From Podarcis pityusensis (lineage: Eukaryota), in assembly GCA_964106645.2 (NCBI GenBank), contig OZ067043.1: a stretch of 64,000 nucleotides of DNA; one strand, written 5' to 3'. Both the position numbers and the translations under genes were made by a program. The notes under the pieces are model-generated. The model saw only the letters and a list, made by a program, of their open reading frames with translations. It ran no database searches and was not told the origin of the DNA. Shown one piece after another: positions 24,490 through 37,600 of this stretch. Each line of letters opens with the position of its first letter. The first letter of the stretch is position 1.

Positions 24490-24865
24490 TTTCTAATAGA
24501 CAGTAGTTTTTCTCCCTCATATAATAACTAGAATCCTCAGTCATCCTATGAAAGTGAATATGATGCAGCACATAGTTAATCTGCAGAATTCTCTGCCACA
24601 GGATCTAATGATAGCCATCAACTTGGATGGCTTTAAGAGGGGATTAGAAAAAATCAGGATAAGGCTTTCAGTGGCTACTAGTCATGATGGTTTTGTATTA
24701 CCTCCAGTATCAGAGGCAGCATGTCCCTGAACACCAGTTGCCCACAAGTGTGTTCTTGTCCTGCTTGCAGGTTTCCCTGTAGGAATCTGGTTGGCCACTG
24801 TGAGAACAGGATGCTGGATTAGATATGCCTTTGGTCTAATCCAGCAGGTTTCTTCTTCTGTTCTC
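24490..24865 (+). mobile_element. CR1 LINE 3' fragment
   Basis: Degenerate ORF2 C-terminus HIVNLQNSLPQDLMIAINLDGFKRGLEK, followed by the CR1 3' UTR tail. Confidence 0.85.
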
Positions 24866-25895
24866 TGATTTTTGAAGGAGGTGTTTATTTTTTAGTGTGG
24901 GGTTGGGGGACTCTGGTAGTACAACTGCACAGTATTAACATTCTGAGCTGATTTCACTTAGGTTCTGGTCTTCCTGCAGGATAGGTGACACTACTCCATC
25001 AACCTATCATTCTGGTCATGGTGGCTTTTATAGCAGCCTCTGATACAGCTGACTGTGGACTTCTGTTTTTCAGTTAACATACATTGCTGGCATAACTGGA
25101 GTTGCCTAATGGTGATTTGAACCATATTTTCAGGGTTGGAGTAAAACTGGCGATAAGATGATTAAGCATTGCCCTTGAAATGGAGCATTCCTTGAGGTTC
25201 TCTCCTATTGGCTGTATTGTTTGGTGTATTTGTGTAGTCCTGCCAGTGCTATATTAATAAATAAAAGTATTTTTGTAGCAGCACCTTCATACACTTCAGG
25301 CTGTCCTAAAGAGTTATCCAATAGCAACAGCGATCCTGAAACTTGATGTAGAGTGTTACCCTTTTGCTCCTAGAAGAGTTGCAGCTCCAGCTCCACTTTT
25401 TTGCCTTATCTAACTTTCTAGTTTTGCCTAGTTCAAATAGTTTCTAAATTTGAGGCATACTTTCCACACAGTAGCAAAGCTTATATGTGTGAAAGAACTT
25501 AATTCCTTTCATTGCAAGGAAGTATAGTTTTGATCAGAAACTGAACTGGAAAGTCTTGAATTCAAATTTGGCCATGAATTCAGTATTTGGCCTTGGGCAA
25601 TAATGTCACAGCCTCTGTCCCTATGGTTAAATGGGATACTCACCTCATCCCACACTACCTTGGGGGAGCCAGTAATATAAAGTGAGCACTCAATAAGCAG
25701 CAATGAATGTGGATGACATTCTTTTCCCTGCTTCGTTAGCTTTTGCCAGTACCCTGTGTCAACATGTGCTTGCCACTTTGTCCACGATTAGCTTTGTCTA
25801 TACAGCATGCATTGACAGGAATACTACCTACTAGCACCGTTTTTAACCCAGGACACTGAAATGATGCTTGGTGCTTTATTCTTTTCGCTTAATAG

Positions 25896-26028
25896 AGGGA
25901 AGGCTCATGCATGATGGAGGATGATGCAGTGGACATTGAAAATGAAAATGGTAATCGCTTTGAAGAATATGAATGGTGCGGGCAGAAGAGGATACGTGCC
26001 ACTACTCTCCTGGAAGGGGGATTCAGAG
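25896..26028 (+). CDS. RNF220: RNF220 coding exon (REGSCMMEDDAVDIENENGNRFEEYEWCGQKRIRATTLLEGGFR), 133 nt, phase 0/1
   Basis: Acceptor aatag, donor GAG|gtaagc. Contains the characteristic FEEYEWCGQKRIRAT motif of the RNF220 middle region. Confidence 0.97.
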
Positions 26029-29000
26029 GTAAGCGGGGCATTGTGAGGATTGCTGAGATGTGCTGCCGACTGAACAGTGCCCAGATCCCCTCCCTATCAT
26101 CCCAAGAACAAAACAGATTGCTAATATTGGAGCTATTGCCCTCCAAACTGTAGCCCAGGCTAAGGGCTCTTTCCCTCAGCAATTTTTGTTCATGCATGTA
26201 TACCCCCAAAAGTTATTCCCGTGACAGACATACTGTCTTCACAATGACAACATGTGGATGCTGATGACGGTTGAAGCAGCTTGTCATGCATGTGTGACTC
26301 TAAAGGAACATGGATGTAAATTCATCCAGAGAGTTGGCTTTCATCATAGTAATGATCTGTGGTATTAACATTAACAGAAATTTTATGTTATTTGTCTCCT
26401 GCCAGAAAATGCATTCACAAAAAGCAATCATACCTTACAAGATCAAGATAGTAAAGTTGCTTTTGTAAATTTCCCTTTGTAATTCTTAACTGTTAGAGAT
26501 TGCTTAAGGGAAGTGACTTTGCTGACATGGTCAGGAGGAAAAATGTTTTTTCCCATTCATTGCATCACTTGCCATTGAATGTTTTTTAAACTGTGTAACA
26601 GGCCAGGTGCTTGCTTCTCAGTGTAGGTGGGAAGTTGCACTTCTGCCAGCACCAATATTTATTTTCCAATGGCTATGAAAACAGCATAAAATAATAGTAG
26701 TTATGAGTAAAACCCTGCTTAAATTAGCCTTTGAGGAGGAAATGTGGCCCAAAGTTGGGAGACAACAGGAGCAGCTACAGGACAATCAGTTTCAGCAATA
26801 TTGTGCATATTTTTAAAAAATGGAAGTAGAGAATGAAATTGTAAAAAGCCCCAGTCTGGAGTGACGAAAGCTGGTTTATCAGCCGCTGGTGATGTATGGA
26901 AGTTGACAGCTAAGTCACTTTAGCACCTGCATAAAATATTAAAGGGCCGGTTATGCATTTATCACTCCATCTTTTTTAAGGCTGATAAATGAGAATTCAG
27001 CAACCTGCCATACACCTCCAGCACTGCAGCCCTCAGGGCTCCCAGACAAACACATCTTATTTTTCCTCCTTCTATTCCTTCCCCTGTGACAGGAAAATCG
27101 GCTGCAAAAGAGAGAATGAGTTATGGCAAAATGTGACCTTTGTGAGTTTTATTGGTGAATGTAATTTTAGCTGTGCACCTGACTCCTTTCTTACATTCAG
27201 CCTTTTGCTCTGTGTCAGAATTGACTAAACTGTCTGGTGTGAACATTGTGATTCTGTAGAAACAGTGTTCCACCCTTCCTTGACCAGAGAACCTAGTACA
27301 TTGCCTCATCAAAGTAAAAGTTGGCATCCTCTTGTATTTTCATAGATTGCCCTGGATTCTAATTTAAAATATCCCAAGGAAAATCCCCCTGGGAAAGGAA
27401 ATCAGGCTTAAAAGATGCATGAGTTACTAGGGCTTATAAATGATGCTCTTTCTTTCCTGTTTTCCTTCACACTTTAGTTTATGGATAAATCTGTACAAAA
27501 AATAGATAAATGAGACTTGAGAGGTAAGCAGCACCATGACAGATATTCAGGAGTTCAGCCATATGGGGAAAGTATTTTCTTTTACCTACCAATATATTCA
27601 GAATTTTGTCTACTGAATTGCAGTAGACAAATAATTTTTTGCTGTCCCGTGGGTTCCTTGCACCCACAAATTTTATTCATAATTCTCATTCAGCTGATTG
27701 ACTGTTGCAGGAATGTGTTAACTTTTCAGACCCTGGCTAAGCCTATGGAGTTGGTCTTCCTATGCGCCCCGAGGTCTGGGAAACAGAAGCAGTTAAGTTC
27801 CTACGTAACCAGGAATGTTGAGCAGTCTGCACTTTTGTGCACAGTCTTAGCATGGAAAACATAGGCAGCTAATGTAAATTATCCCTGTCTTGTTTGTGAA
27901 GTGGAAATATGGACGCTCATCAGTCATTTTCACTGCTGTTTTGTACCCTTTCCTGAAATACTTTGGATTAGTTTCTCAGCCATTTTGATAGGGATTATCA
28001 TTTTGCTTGTTGGCTTTGTCAATTAAGGAGCAATGGAAGCCATTTAGATATGTGTAAAGAAGCAAAATCTACTCTCCACGTATTCCGTGGAGTGTTTTCT
28101 TGATCAATCTATTGGCTTGTTTTTACCACATGATGTTTCTAAGCTATTGTCTCATTGTGATAGGTTGAGACAGGATTATTTGCATTGGGTTCTGCTGTTG
28201 CAGTGTTAGAAGATGATGCTAAAAATGACTGAATAAGGTATTCCATAGTGGATATATTTGAAAAGTGTAATTCCACACTTTATAAAGTGGAATAGTAACT
28301 TTTGTAGCCTTTAAGGCCTAATTCATCTTTAACATAAGAGTTCACTTATATTGACCATGTTTGGACTCAACACTTGGCCATAAAGTGCACATAGGTCCTG
28401 CTATCGGAAGGCTTACCATCTGAAATTTCAGTCATCTGAACACAAAAAATTACACCCAAACCTTGCTGCCCAAGTAGTTCATTCAGTTATCTAAATAGCT
28501 GGAGTTTGCTCATTTCCTTGCTTCTTTGTGTTTTGCTGGTCAGTGGCAGCCATTTTGATTAGAAACCAGGGACAAACGGAGGAAGGGAAAGAGATTGGGA
28601 CAAATCAAGGAGCAGGAAAGACTGTCTTTTGCTAGTTGGCTGCAGCAGTTTGGGGTGGAAACCAAGGAGAGAGGGCGATCAGACAATTCACAGATTTGAA
28701 ATGTTCCCATAGGAAATAATGTAAATAATCAGCTCATTGTGTGGTTGCTTGCCTAATGAATGATTTCCTGGGGACTCATTGTGTTCAGATAGCAAGACCT
28801 GCGTGTATAGATATGTGGATTAGTATGTTCATAGATGTGTGTTTGTGCATGCAGTTCAAGCACTCACTGTTGTGGTCCTCTCTTCTCAAAGCTGGGAAAC
28901 AACTTGCAGAACTGCTGGCTTAGCGTCATGTCCAAACTAGCTCTTGTGGCTTGTTTCTTATTAACAAACCACCACCAGGAACCCAAGGGTAGTTCTTTAT

Positions 29001-31959
29001 TTCTTGATTATAGTTTATTTGAGATAAAGCAACCAGGAGCATTGGTTCAGGTTTTGGTTCAGCTCCTGAATCAGATGCTTCTTGGTTTGTTTGCGTGCAC
29101 CTGGAAGGGAGGAATGAAGTGGGAAGTGCTTGATTTGTTTAAATGTGGTTTATGGCCATCATTGCATCCTAACATGACCATTGTGTGTGAGAGAGAAAGT
29201 GTGGGGATACAAGAGGCCTGATAGAGCTAGATGGGCTGTGAGGACAGAGCTTAGACCTAAGAAACAGGGCACTTGGTAGTACAATCCATACACTTTACCA
29301 GTTTCCACTTTCAATAAGGTAAGAAATATGATACAGCTGTTTGTAGTAATTGGTTAGCTTGATGTGTTCTCCCCTTGAATTTAGGTTAGTGCAGGCATAG
29401 GCAGACTCAGCCCTGCAGATGTTTTGAGACTACAACATTTACAATAACACTTGAGGAAGAGCTGAAACAGAACTACACCCCACCCCACCCCACCCCGGTT
29501 AACTGGAAGGAGGCATGGTTAGAACGGTGAATTATGCAGAGGTACAGCAACACCCTGTATGTGGGTGATACTTTAGGGCAGCATTCCCCAACCTGGTGGT
29601 CATCAGATATTTTTGGACTACAACTTCCATTAGCCTAGTGGCTACCAACTTTTTTTGACCACTAGGTGCATTTAAATTTTTGAGTGGGTTTGTAGGTTAT
29701 TCACAGAACAGCATGTCACCACGACATAGAGGAAGTAAAGGTGGAATCTAACATAGTACTAAGTCTCTCATTCAATCAACACAAGACTTTCTCCTTGCAC
29801 AAAGGAACCTTCTTCCCCTGAACATACCCTAAATTTATTCTATGGGTTCCCCCCACTCTCTGGAGCAGATTTAGGAAAGATGGGAATGTCCCTTTGAACA
29901 AGTTGAAATCCTTGCATTGATAGGGCATAGTAGTTGAAAACCACCCTAAGTGTTCATTTTGTTTGACAGTCTAAATATTTACAGGTTGGACAATAATAAG
30001 TATACATGATACTTTTGTGACATTTGTAATACTTGACCTAAAAACTACATTTCTCTATTATTACTTTTTTACATAGAAGAGTACACTTAATTCAGTCCCT
30101 CAATAAGGGTTATGAATTCAGTGTTAAGAGAATATATAATTTAAGATGTAATTTTAAACTGTTTTTAAGGGGCACACTGTGCCTGATATTTAAAAAACTA
30201 TGATTTAAATAATAACATTTGACATGAAAAATAGTGGGGCGGGGCGTACATTGGTTGGTTCAACTAGTGCTTTACCAGCAGTTTTGATTTCTGGATGCTG
30301 AAACTTGGGAGTGTTAGGCATAGTACAGCAGCAAACTGTGCCCAGGTTGGAGAATTCAGACTAATCTCACAACATTGTAAAGTTTTGTTGGAGACTCCCC
30401 AGTCAGTGGGGCCTGAATTTATATCTACTGAGCTTGATGAAGAATTGTTCCTGTGTTCTGCGTCTAATGCTCCAGCCTGCATCCTACTTGCTGAAATGCG
30501 GGAGGCACTGGGTTTCTTCTCACTTTTCCCCCCCTTTTAAATTCCCTGCATTTGTAGCAATCCCTCACTTGTTCTAAAGAACAGCTACTCATTTACTCTA
30601 ACTGTTTACATTGCAAGGTTATCCCTTTAAAGAATTGCAGAGAGAAGTTGGGGGGGGGGTGGAATGCCTTTTTTTCTTTGAAAGCTTAGCAGTTTTGTCT
30701 GTGCGTCTGTTATTTGTGAGTGGGAGGGAGGAAGAGCGGGTGAGAAAAAAGTGCTTTATCCGAAAAGAATCATATTGGCTTTGTGCTGATAGAGGCTGCT
30801 GTCATCTCTTAAACGGCTTAGCCCAGTCAAAAGGCTAGCGGACTTAAAACAGTGTCTTACACGAGGATCGATGGAGAAAACACGGCAGTGGTAACTGTGA
30901 GGAAAAAAGGGTGAATGCAAGAGAGATAACAGTAATGATTGCATGGAGGGGAGCTGGAGGCAGGCTTGTTCTTTGTAGGAACCTTGCTTCAAAGGAGTCT
31001 GAGCTGCCTGGTCCCCAGGATGTTGCTGCCTCTGTGTATCTAGGAAGAGAGCCCAAGCCCCCTCCCCCTTTGCTGGAGCAAATGGGCTAAGTAGATTAAA
31101 GCATGATAGGTTATCTCTTCCCCCTATGTTGTATCACTTTTAGGAGATTTTTTGGTCAATCAGCATATTGTGTCATTCCTTTAGCCAAAGGAGGTGAGTT
31201 GGTGTTGGGGAGGGGGGTAAGAGTCTAAACTGCACAGTGAGGGAGCCATTGGGAAAGGGAGAGTTGGGCGGAGGGGGGGGGTGAAACGGTATGTCAGTTT
31301 ATCGATCGCACCTCAGCCAGGAGAGCTGCAGGCACAGCTATGCGGGCACGAGCAGCAGCACTCCTAATGTGATTGAAAGGCAGTTAAAATGGCGGTGACC
31401 TTTTCAGGGGGAATTAGATTGCCTGCCAAGAGTGGTTAGAGGGAGTGATAACGCCAGCTTGAGGAAGCTGTCCAGGCAACTTCAAAGAGAGAGAGACAGA
31501 GACAGGAAAAGCAAGTGAGCGCAAGTCCCATTTAAACTCTGAGCTGTACTGTCTGATAGAGCCAAGATTGCTGTCCTCTCTAGATATGAAGGGTTTGAAG
31601 AATGTAGTCAAGTTCCCTGTCCTTGCCCTTCCTGCACTGCACCACCTTGTCAAGGAAAGCAACAACTGGCCAGCTGTCTATTCACCTGACACTCTTGGGG
31701 ATTTCAGTTGCCTTGAAAATAATACACAGAGGCAAAGCCCTAATGACTGAAAGACAGTATGCAAGGCTTCCTAGAAGAGTGATTACTAGAAACCTTCCTA
31801 TGAGGAACTGTGTGGTATGTTCTGAATTTGGAAGGTCTTTCACTTACAAGCAATTCAAAGGTGCTGGTGTTCCTACTAAATGAGAAACCCCATTGTTCTT
31901 GGTGTTCCAGGTTTCTTTGTCAAAAGATTACTAACCAGCTGGGTGGCTCCTAAATTGAG

Positions 31960-32120
31960 CCTTCATGGCCAGAGGCAGGATCCTTTGGAGTACCAGATAC
32001 TGGGGCCAACAATGTAGGGAGGTCATATCTTGCCGTTCAGCTTCATGGGGGCATCTGGCTGGCCTCTGTGGGAAGCAGGATACTGGACAAACCTGTGACC
32101 TTATCTAGTAGACCTTTTCT
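31960..32120 (+). mobile_element. Old CR1 3' UTR fragment
   Basis: gggcatctggctggcctctgtgggaagcaggatactggac resembles 24780-24850. Confidence 0.55.
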
Positions 32121-34099
32121 TAATTTGGAGATTGAAGGACTGGCTCAGGAGCCTAACTTCTGTGCCAGAGCAAAGTATTTAATAGATGGTATTGTCACCT
32201 ACACTTGTTATGACTATTTGAAGAGTCAGATGAATTGCTTGGCATTTCCTGCAGATGGCTGTCATCCCACTCTTGGCTTACAGCCTGTTTCCCCCTTTAA
32301 CTTCAAATGCTTTTTGCTCTGAGCACTGATGTCACAGCAGACGTTTTGCAAAATAAACTGCAGAAGTGGCACCACAACCAACAACAATAGTGATTGTACT
32401 TTTATGTGTGTAGAATCCAGAAGCATGCAAAGTAGGTATCTAGGAGTGGCACATGTCTGTTCCTACAGTAGGGGGAAATACAATTATGATACGTAATAGT
32501 TTTATAATATGAACATTCATGGAAACCCTGCACTTGACATATGGAAATGCATAGTCTCATCTCACTCAAGCTGTTTTGTTTTCTAATCATTTTGAAATAA
32601 TCTGCCTCTAGCAAAATGTGGATGTCATACAGTTGTTCTGCTAGGAATCTTAAAATATACAAAGGGTGACATCCCGCCTACTTTCTTTTGAAATTACTAG
32701 CTACATTTTCTTGTTTTTTCCCCTCTGGAGCACAAATAGGAAGATGCTTTTCTTTGAGAGCGCCTGCAAAGCTAACAGGCGTGTGCCTGATTTCCATCAT
32801 CCAGTTTGTTCAGTTAAAGTTGCATTTAAGGTCATATCAAAGAGAGCTGGCAGTGGCATTAGACAATGAGATTTCCCAGAGGACTGACCAGGAAATAAAA
32901 GGTATCTGTAGTGTGTACAGATCCTTGGATGAATGAATCTGTAACTAATATTTGTTATCCATGGATTTGAATGGACTTGGCAGAAGGAAGGAGAGCTGTC
33001 AGTGGAGCAGCTTTCGAATTTCATATCTGTGACGTCCTTAATGTCTCTCTCCTTCTCCCAGTTTTGAAAATCTGTTTCAGATATTGCTTCTTGGTAACAT
33101 GCTCTCTTTTGCCTTATCCCACAAATTAAAAAAATATCCTGGACTGTCTACTTCCATAGTTTAATGCTGTTCTTTTTTTAAAAAAAACACAACAAAAACA
33201 ACAACATTTCATTTTAATTTTTTTTTAATTTATCAGTTCAGAAACAAGTACACTGTGTGTCTTGAACAGTTGAACAAGAACCAGTAAAGACAACTAAAGG
33301 AATCCTCATGTTATTTCTGCTCATGTTAGCCCCTACAGATCTTTTCTAGCCCTTCTGCTGCTGCATACACAACACTTTGTTTTCTTTGTTTGCTTGGATA
33401 AAGATGAAATGCCATAGAATGAAACTCCCTTATGATACAAACTGTAATATGTATTTGTTTATATGTGCATGTCTCTCTCATTTATACACTAAGCAGCATG
33501 TTCGCTATTGCAAGGTGCCTGCCACATAGCTATCTCTTGTTTCACTCAAAGGCAGAAATTGCTCAAGACTGCTAACTAATCTAGTCTTGCTTGTCTTGAG
33601 CTGGCCTGCAACAGTTTTCCTTGTGTGATGTGGATTCCTGTTGTAAGCTTTTTGTGTATACTGCACTGACATGCAAAAGTCCTGCACCAAGGAAATGTAT
33701 CTCTCTGCAGAAGATAAATTAAATTGAAATACCTGAATGAATTTACTTCATACAATCATCACAGGATTTCTGAAGCAGAATTTAGAACCCTTTTCCCTCC
33801 ATTGAGCAGTAGTGACTTTAAAGATGTAGATTTAGCGCAGAGAGTTTTTTTGGAACAAAACACACTTTGGAAAGAAATTCAAATTGTAGTTTCTTTCAGA
33901 ATGGCACCATGAATAAGATAAGTAAAACCGACACAATTCAGAAGATGGAGATGTAATATGTTTGGTGCTTCTGTGCTATCAAAAGAGAAAGAGAAAGACA
34001 GAGAAAAGAGCCATTGTGTTTCCTAAGAGCCCTTTCACTAACTGAGGAATCCCATGCAATTGTTATGTAAGTCATATGCGTGATATCATCTGTTGGCTA

Positions 34100-34186
34100 A
34101 AGCTGAATCCTAACCCCACTTTTCCGGGAGTAAGCCCCACTGAATTCAGTAGGATTTTCTTCAGAGTAGGCATGGTTAGGACTGGG
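34100..34186. mobile_element. Short, imperfectly palindromic MITE-like element
   Basis: aatcctaacc...taagccccactgaattcagtagga...ggttaggact forms a loose hairpin. Confidence 0.4.
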
Positions 34187-34337
34187 TAATAGTCTGAACC
34201 AGAACTCAGGAACCAGGTCCTTACTTTTCAGTGCAGAGTTTTATTCTCATTTGGGATATTAATTATTAGTTCATCATAGATGCCTAACAGTTAAGCAAAC
34301 CCTGTCTTGGCATGGTCTACCTTTCTATTACCTAAGA

Positions 34338-34669
34338 CAGGGGTCTGCAACCCGCGGCTCCGGAGCCACATGTGGCTCTTTTACACCTTTGCCACGGCTC
34401 CGGGGCAGATACTAGCGAGGGGAAGAGGCGCATTGTGCGCCCCGACACTCCCCACTGTGGCGGGCGCTGTACTGGCTGTGACATCGCATGGGGGCGGTGC
34501 GTGCGTTAGTCACGCACCGTCCCGATGTCACCTTCCCGCCTGCTGTCAGATCGCGGCTCCGGAGATATATTTGTTTTAAATGTCGCAATGGTTTTGCGGC
34601 TCCCATGTTTTTTTTTCTTCGGAAATGGGTCCAAGTGGCTCTTTTTGTCTTAAAGGTTGCAGACCCCTG
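34338..34669. mobile_element. Young non-autonomous hAT (Charlie-like) DNA transposon, 332 bp
   Basis: Perfect 15-bp TIRs CAGGGGTCTGCAACC / GGTTGCAGACCCCTG. Perfect 8-bp TSD ACCTAAGA (34330-34337 and 34670-34677). Repeated CGGCTCC motifs; CpG-rich. Confidence 0.95.
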
Positions 34670-37600
34670 ACCTAAGAGGAGGCAGGATGAGCATTAGTGG
34701 ACTCCTCTAGTTTCCAGTCTACCAAGTGGGAAAATTTAAGTATTTGAAAAGTTAAGTATTTGAGGTGTTTAGTGAAATACGATTTAAGGATTTGTGGTAT
34801 GCTCATTCACACACATAGTGGAAGATGATATCTGGTTGCCTGATGAACCACCCAACCTTAGAATTAATACGGTGCTTGGGAAATACTCTTCTTTTCTTAA
34901 ACGACATACAAAACTTTATTGAAATTAGTTTTATGACATTTCTAGTTTACAAGGCGGAGAAACTACTCAACATCCTAAGTAGCTTATACTGTACAATGAA
35001 ATGCTGGGAATATTTTTTTTAATGTTGTTTATAGTTCAACACTCTGACGTATACTGCTACATTGTATAATCTGTAGCTACCACCAACCACTTTGTCCCAC
35101 TTAATGCATCTAATACATTCTTTTGTGAACCTCCCTGAGATCTGTGGATGAACGGTAGTATGCAAATTCAGTTAATAATAATAATAACAATCATAATGAA
35201 GTATCCTGTATAAGTGTTTTTTTTTCACAATAAATCGGCAAGTTGCTAAAGTTCTGGTGTACCTAGGACCTTTTTTGGCAACAGCGCAACGGCAGAAAAA
35301 ATTGCTATAGCCTTCATGCTCTGTACCACTTTGTAAGTCGTAAGAGAAAGATATAATTGAAAGTTTTTCTACTTCAGCAACTTGCTGTCTTTCCATACAG
35401 AAAGATTTTTTTTTTAACCTGAGAGATTTTAAAGGTTCACTTGGTTGCTTTTGTCACCCCGGAAGGCTATACAGTGTGTATTTCCTGAATGCCTGCTCAT
35501 TTCCATTCAAATTTCTGGAGTTTTGAAAGCGTAGATGACATATTTGAGGTCTCATTTCCTCATGAACATGGTAGAATACAACACAGTGTTAAAACTTATA
35601 TTTGAGTATTTATTGTCTGACTACAACACAAGCATAGGGAATCTGAAATGAAAATGACAGAGACGTGCAGCATTAATGTGTTGTAATGTATCTTTGTCCC
35701 CTAAGAGGAATATTCCTGTTCAGAGGCAGACTAGGGCAAAAGCTTGTAATACTTTCTGAGTGTGGGAGCACACACTTTTTTCTCTACTTGCCTAAAGCCG
35801 TCCCCACTATGCTATTTAATTCTGAAGGGCTCAGGACAATCTATGTACCATTTCTTGCTGCCTATCTTGGGGAGGACAGTTTCTGGAGAAGGAGAAGGTA
35901 TACTTGGGGGGGGGGGGAGTTATTGTGTAGTGCCTCAATTTTTCTTCCCTGATAAATATAAGCTACTAAGCAGCGTGAGCAAACTGGTTCCCTGTCTTTC
36001 TCCCTCTGGTTCCTTTTATTTTATTTTATTTGAATTGACAAACTCAACTTCATAGGTCCTAAAAGTTCACAGGTCCTTGTCGTGCTGACCCCCACCCCCA
36101 CCCCAGTTTTTCTTTTTCAATTAATTTAGAAACTACTATACTTCTGTATACCTAGGACATTCCCATGTAGAAACTACTACCTTATTTTTAGGTGAGTCAA
36201 TTTTGCTTATGAACAGGGTTGCCCAAGTGGTATTTTTTGAGGTGGGGTGAGGAATAATAGCAATGTATTTATAATGGCCTTGTGGGATGGATAAGTGGGA
36301 ATAAGTTCAAGTTACAGAAAGACAGGCTTCAATTAAATATTTGGGAAGGTTAAACTAGGGTTCACTGCTCTCCTGTAACCTTAAAAAATCAGGATAAGTA
36401 TTGCATGAAAATAATTCTGGTGCCTATTGCATGACAACTTGTGGCACCACTATTTCATTAGACAGTGCAGTTTAAATAAAGGGAATAACTGATGCTTTAT
36501 CTATTGCGTGCAAGATTATTGAAACTTGAAAGAGTTTAAGGAGAATCTTAGTATCTGTTCTCAGTTTACTCAAATGCAGCATTTGAGTAAACCATTTCCT
36601 TTATAGCATAGCCCTCATGTGCTGCAACAGGGGAGGAAGAGATTAACCGGCTGTCGGGGGACAAAATTTGATTGTTAGGTGCACTAAATTGGCAGGAGGA
36701 ATCTAGGGTAATGGGGTGACATTTAAAAGTACTCCATGCTGGAAACTGAGTAGGTTCCAAGTTGAGAACATACATTTTAATGTACATTTTCTTGGCTGTT
36801 GGACTAGCAGGCATGAGCTCATCTACTCTTGGTTCTCACAGCATTACTGAAACAATATTTTGTGTATGTGTGCACCCCCAGGCTTGGTAGGAAGGTTCTA
36901 GTCCATCATTTTTTTCTCCTTATCCCCTCTCCTCCCCCTGCAAAGCCATCTGCCTTGAATACAGCTTCTCCTGTGAGCTTTGGGGTTGCCCTTCAGCCTC
37001 AGCTGTCAAGATATTGATTGACGCAATTTTAATAGCATTTTAAAATACAGTTGTTAAGTTGGGGCAGTGGGACTCTTCTCTTCCTCCTCCTTCCTACACC
37101 TCCACCACCACCAAAGAGGGGAAGTGTGGTTTTTCAATGACTTTAAACTGCTTCTTGTCTTTGCATGTCGTCTCTTGCACCAAGCGGTGAAACGCATTAT
37201 CGAGTAGTGCCCAGAAAGTGGTTAACTGCGTTTGACACACGCCAACTCCCTGCCTCCACACTGGATAATTGCATTGTCAACTATTCAGTAAAGTGGCAGG
37301 TGACACTGCTGCCGGATTGATTGTCCTAGCATTGAGGCTCCTAAGACTGTCAGCTTCCCAATCGATAGCGTTTACACAAGACACCGTGACTGCATCTGTA
37401 ACTAATTTCAGTTTGAAACTTGCAAGACACTGCGCTGCCCCTGTTTTCTGGCTACATGTGTTTAGTGACTTGCTTCCTCTCTTTGGACCACAGGCTTGAT
37501 ACCATCCTGCTTCACCCCCCTCCTTCCTTGGAAAGTGCATTCCTGTTTTTATTTTGGTGTAGCAGGTGAAGAAATCGATGCTGTGTGCTGTGCCCTCAAA

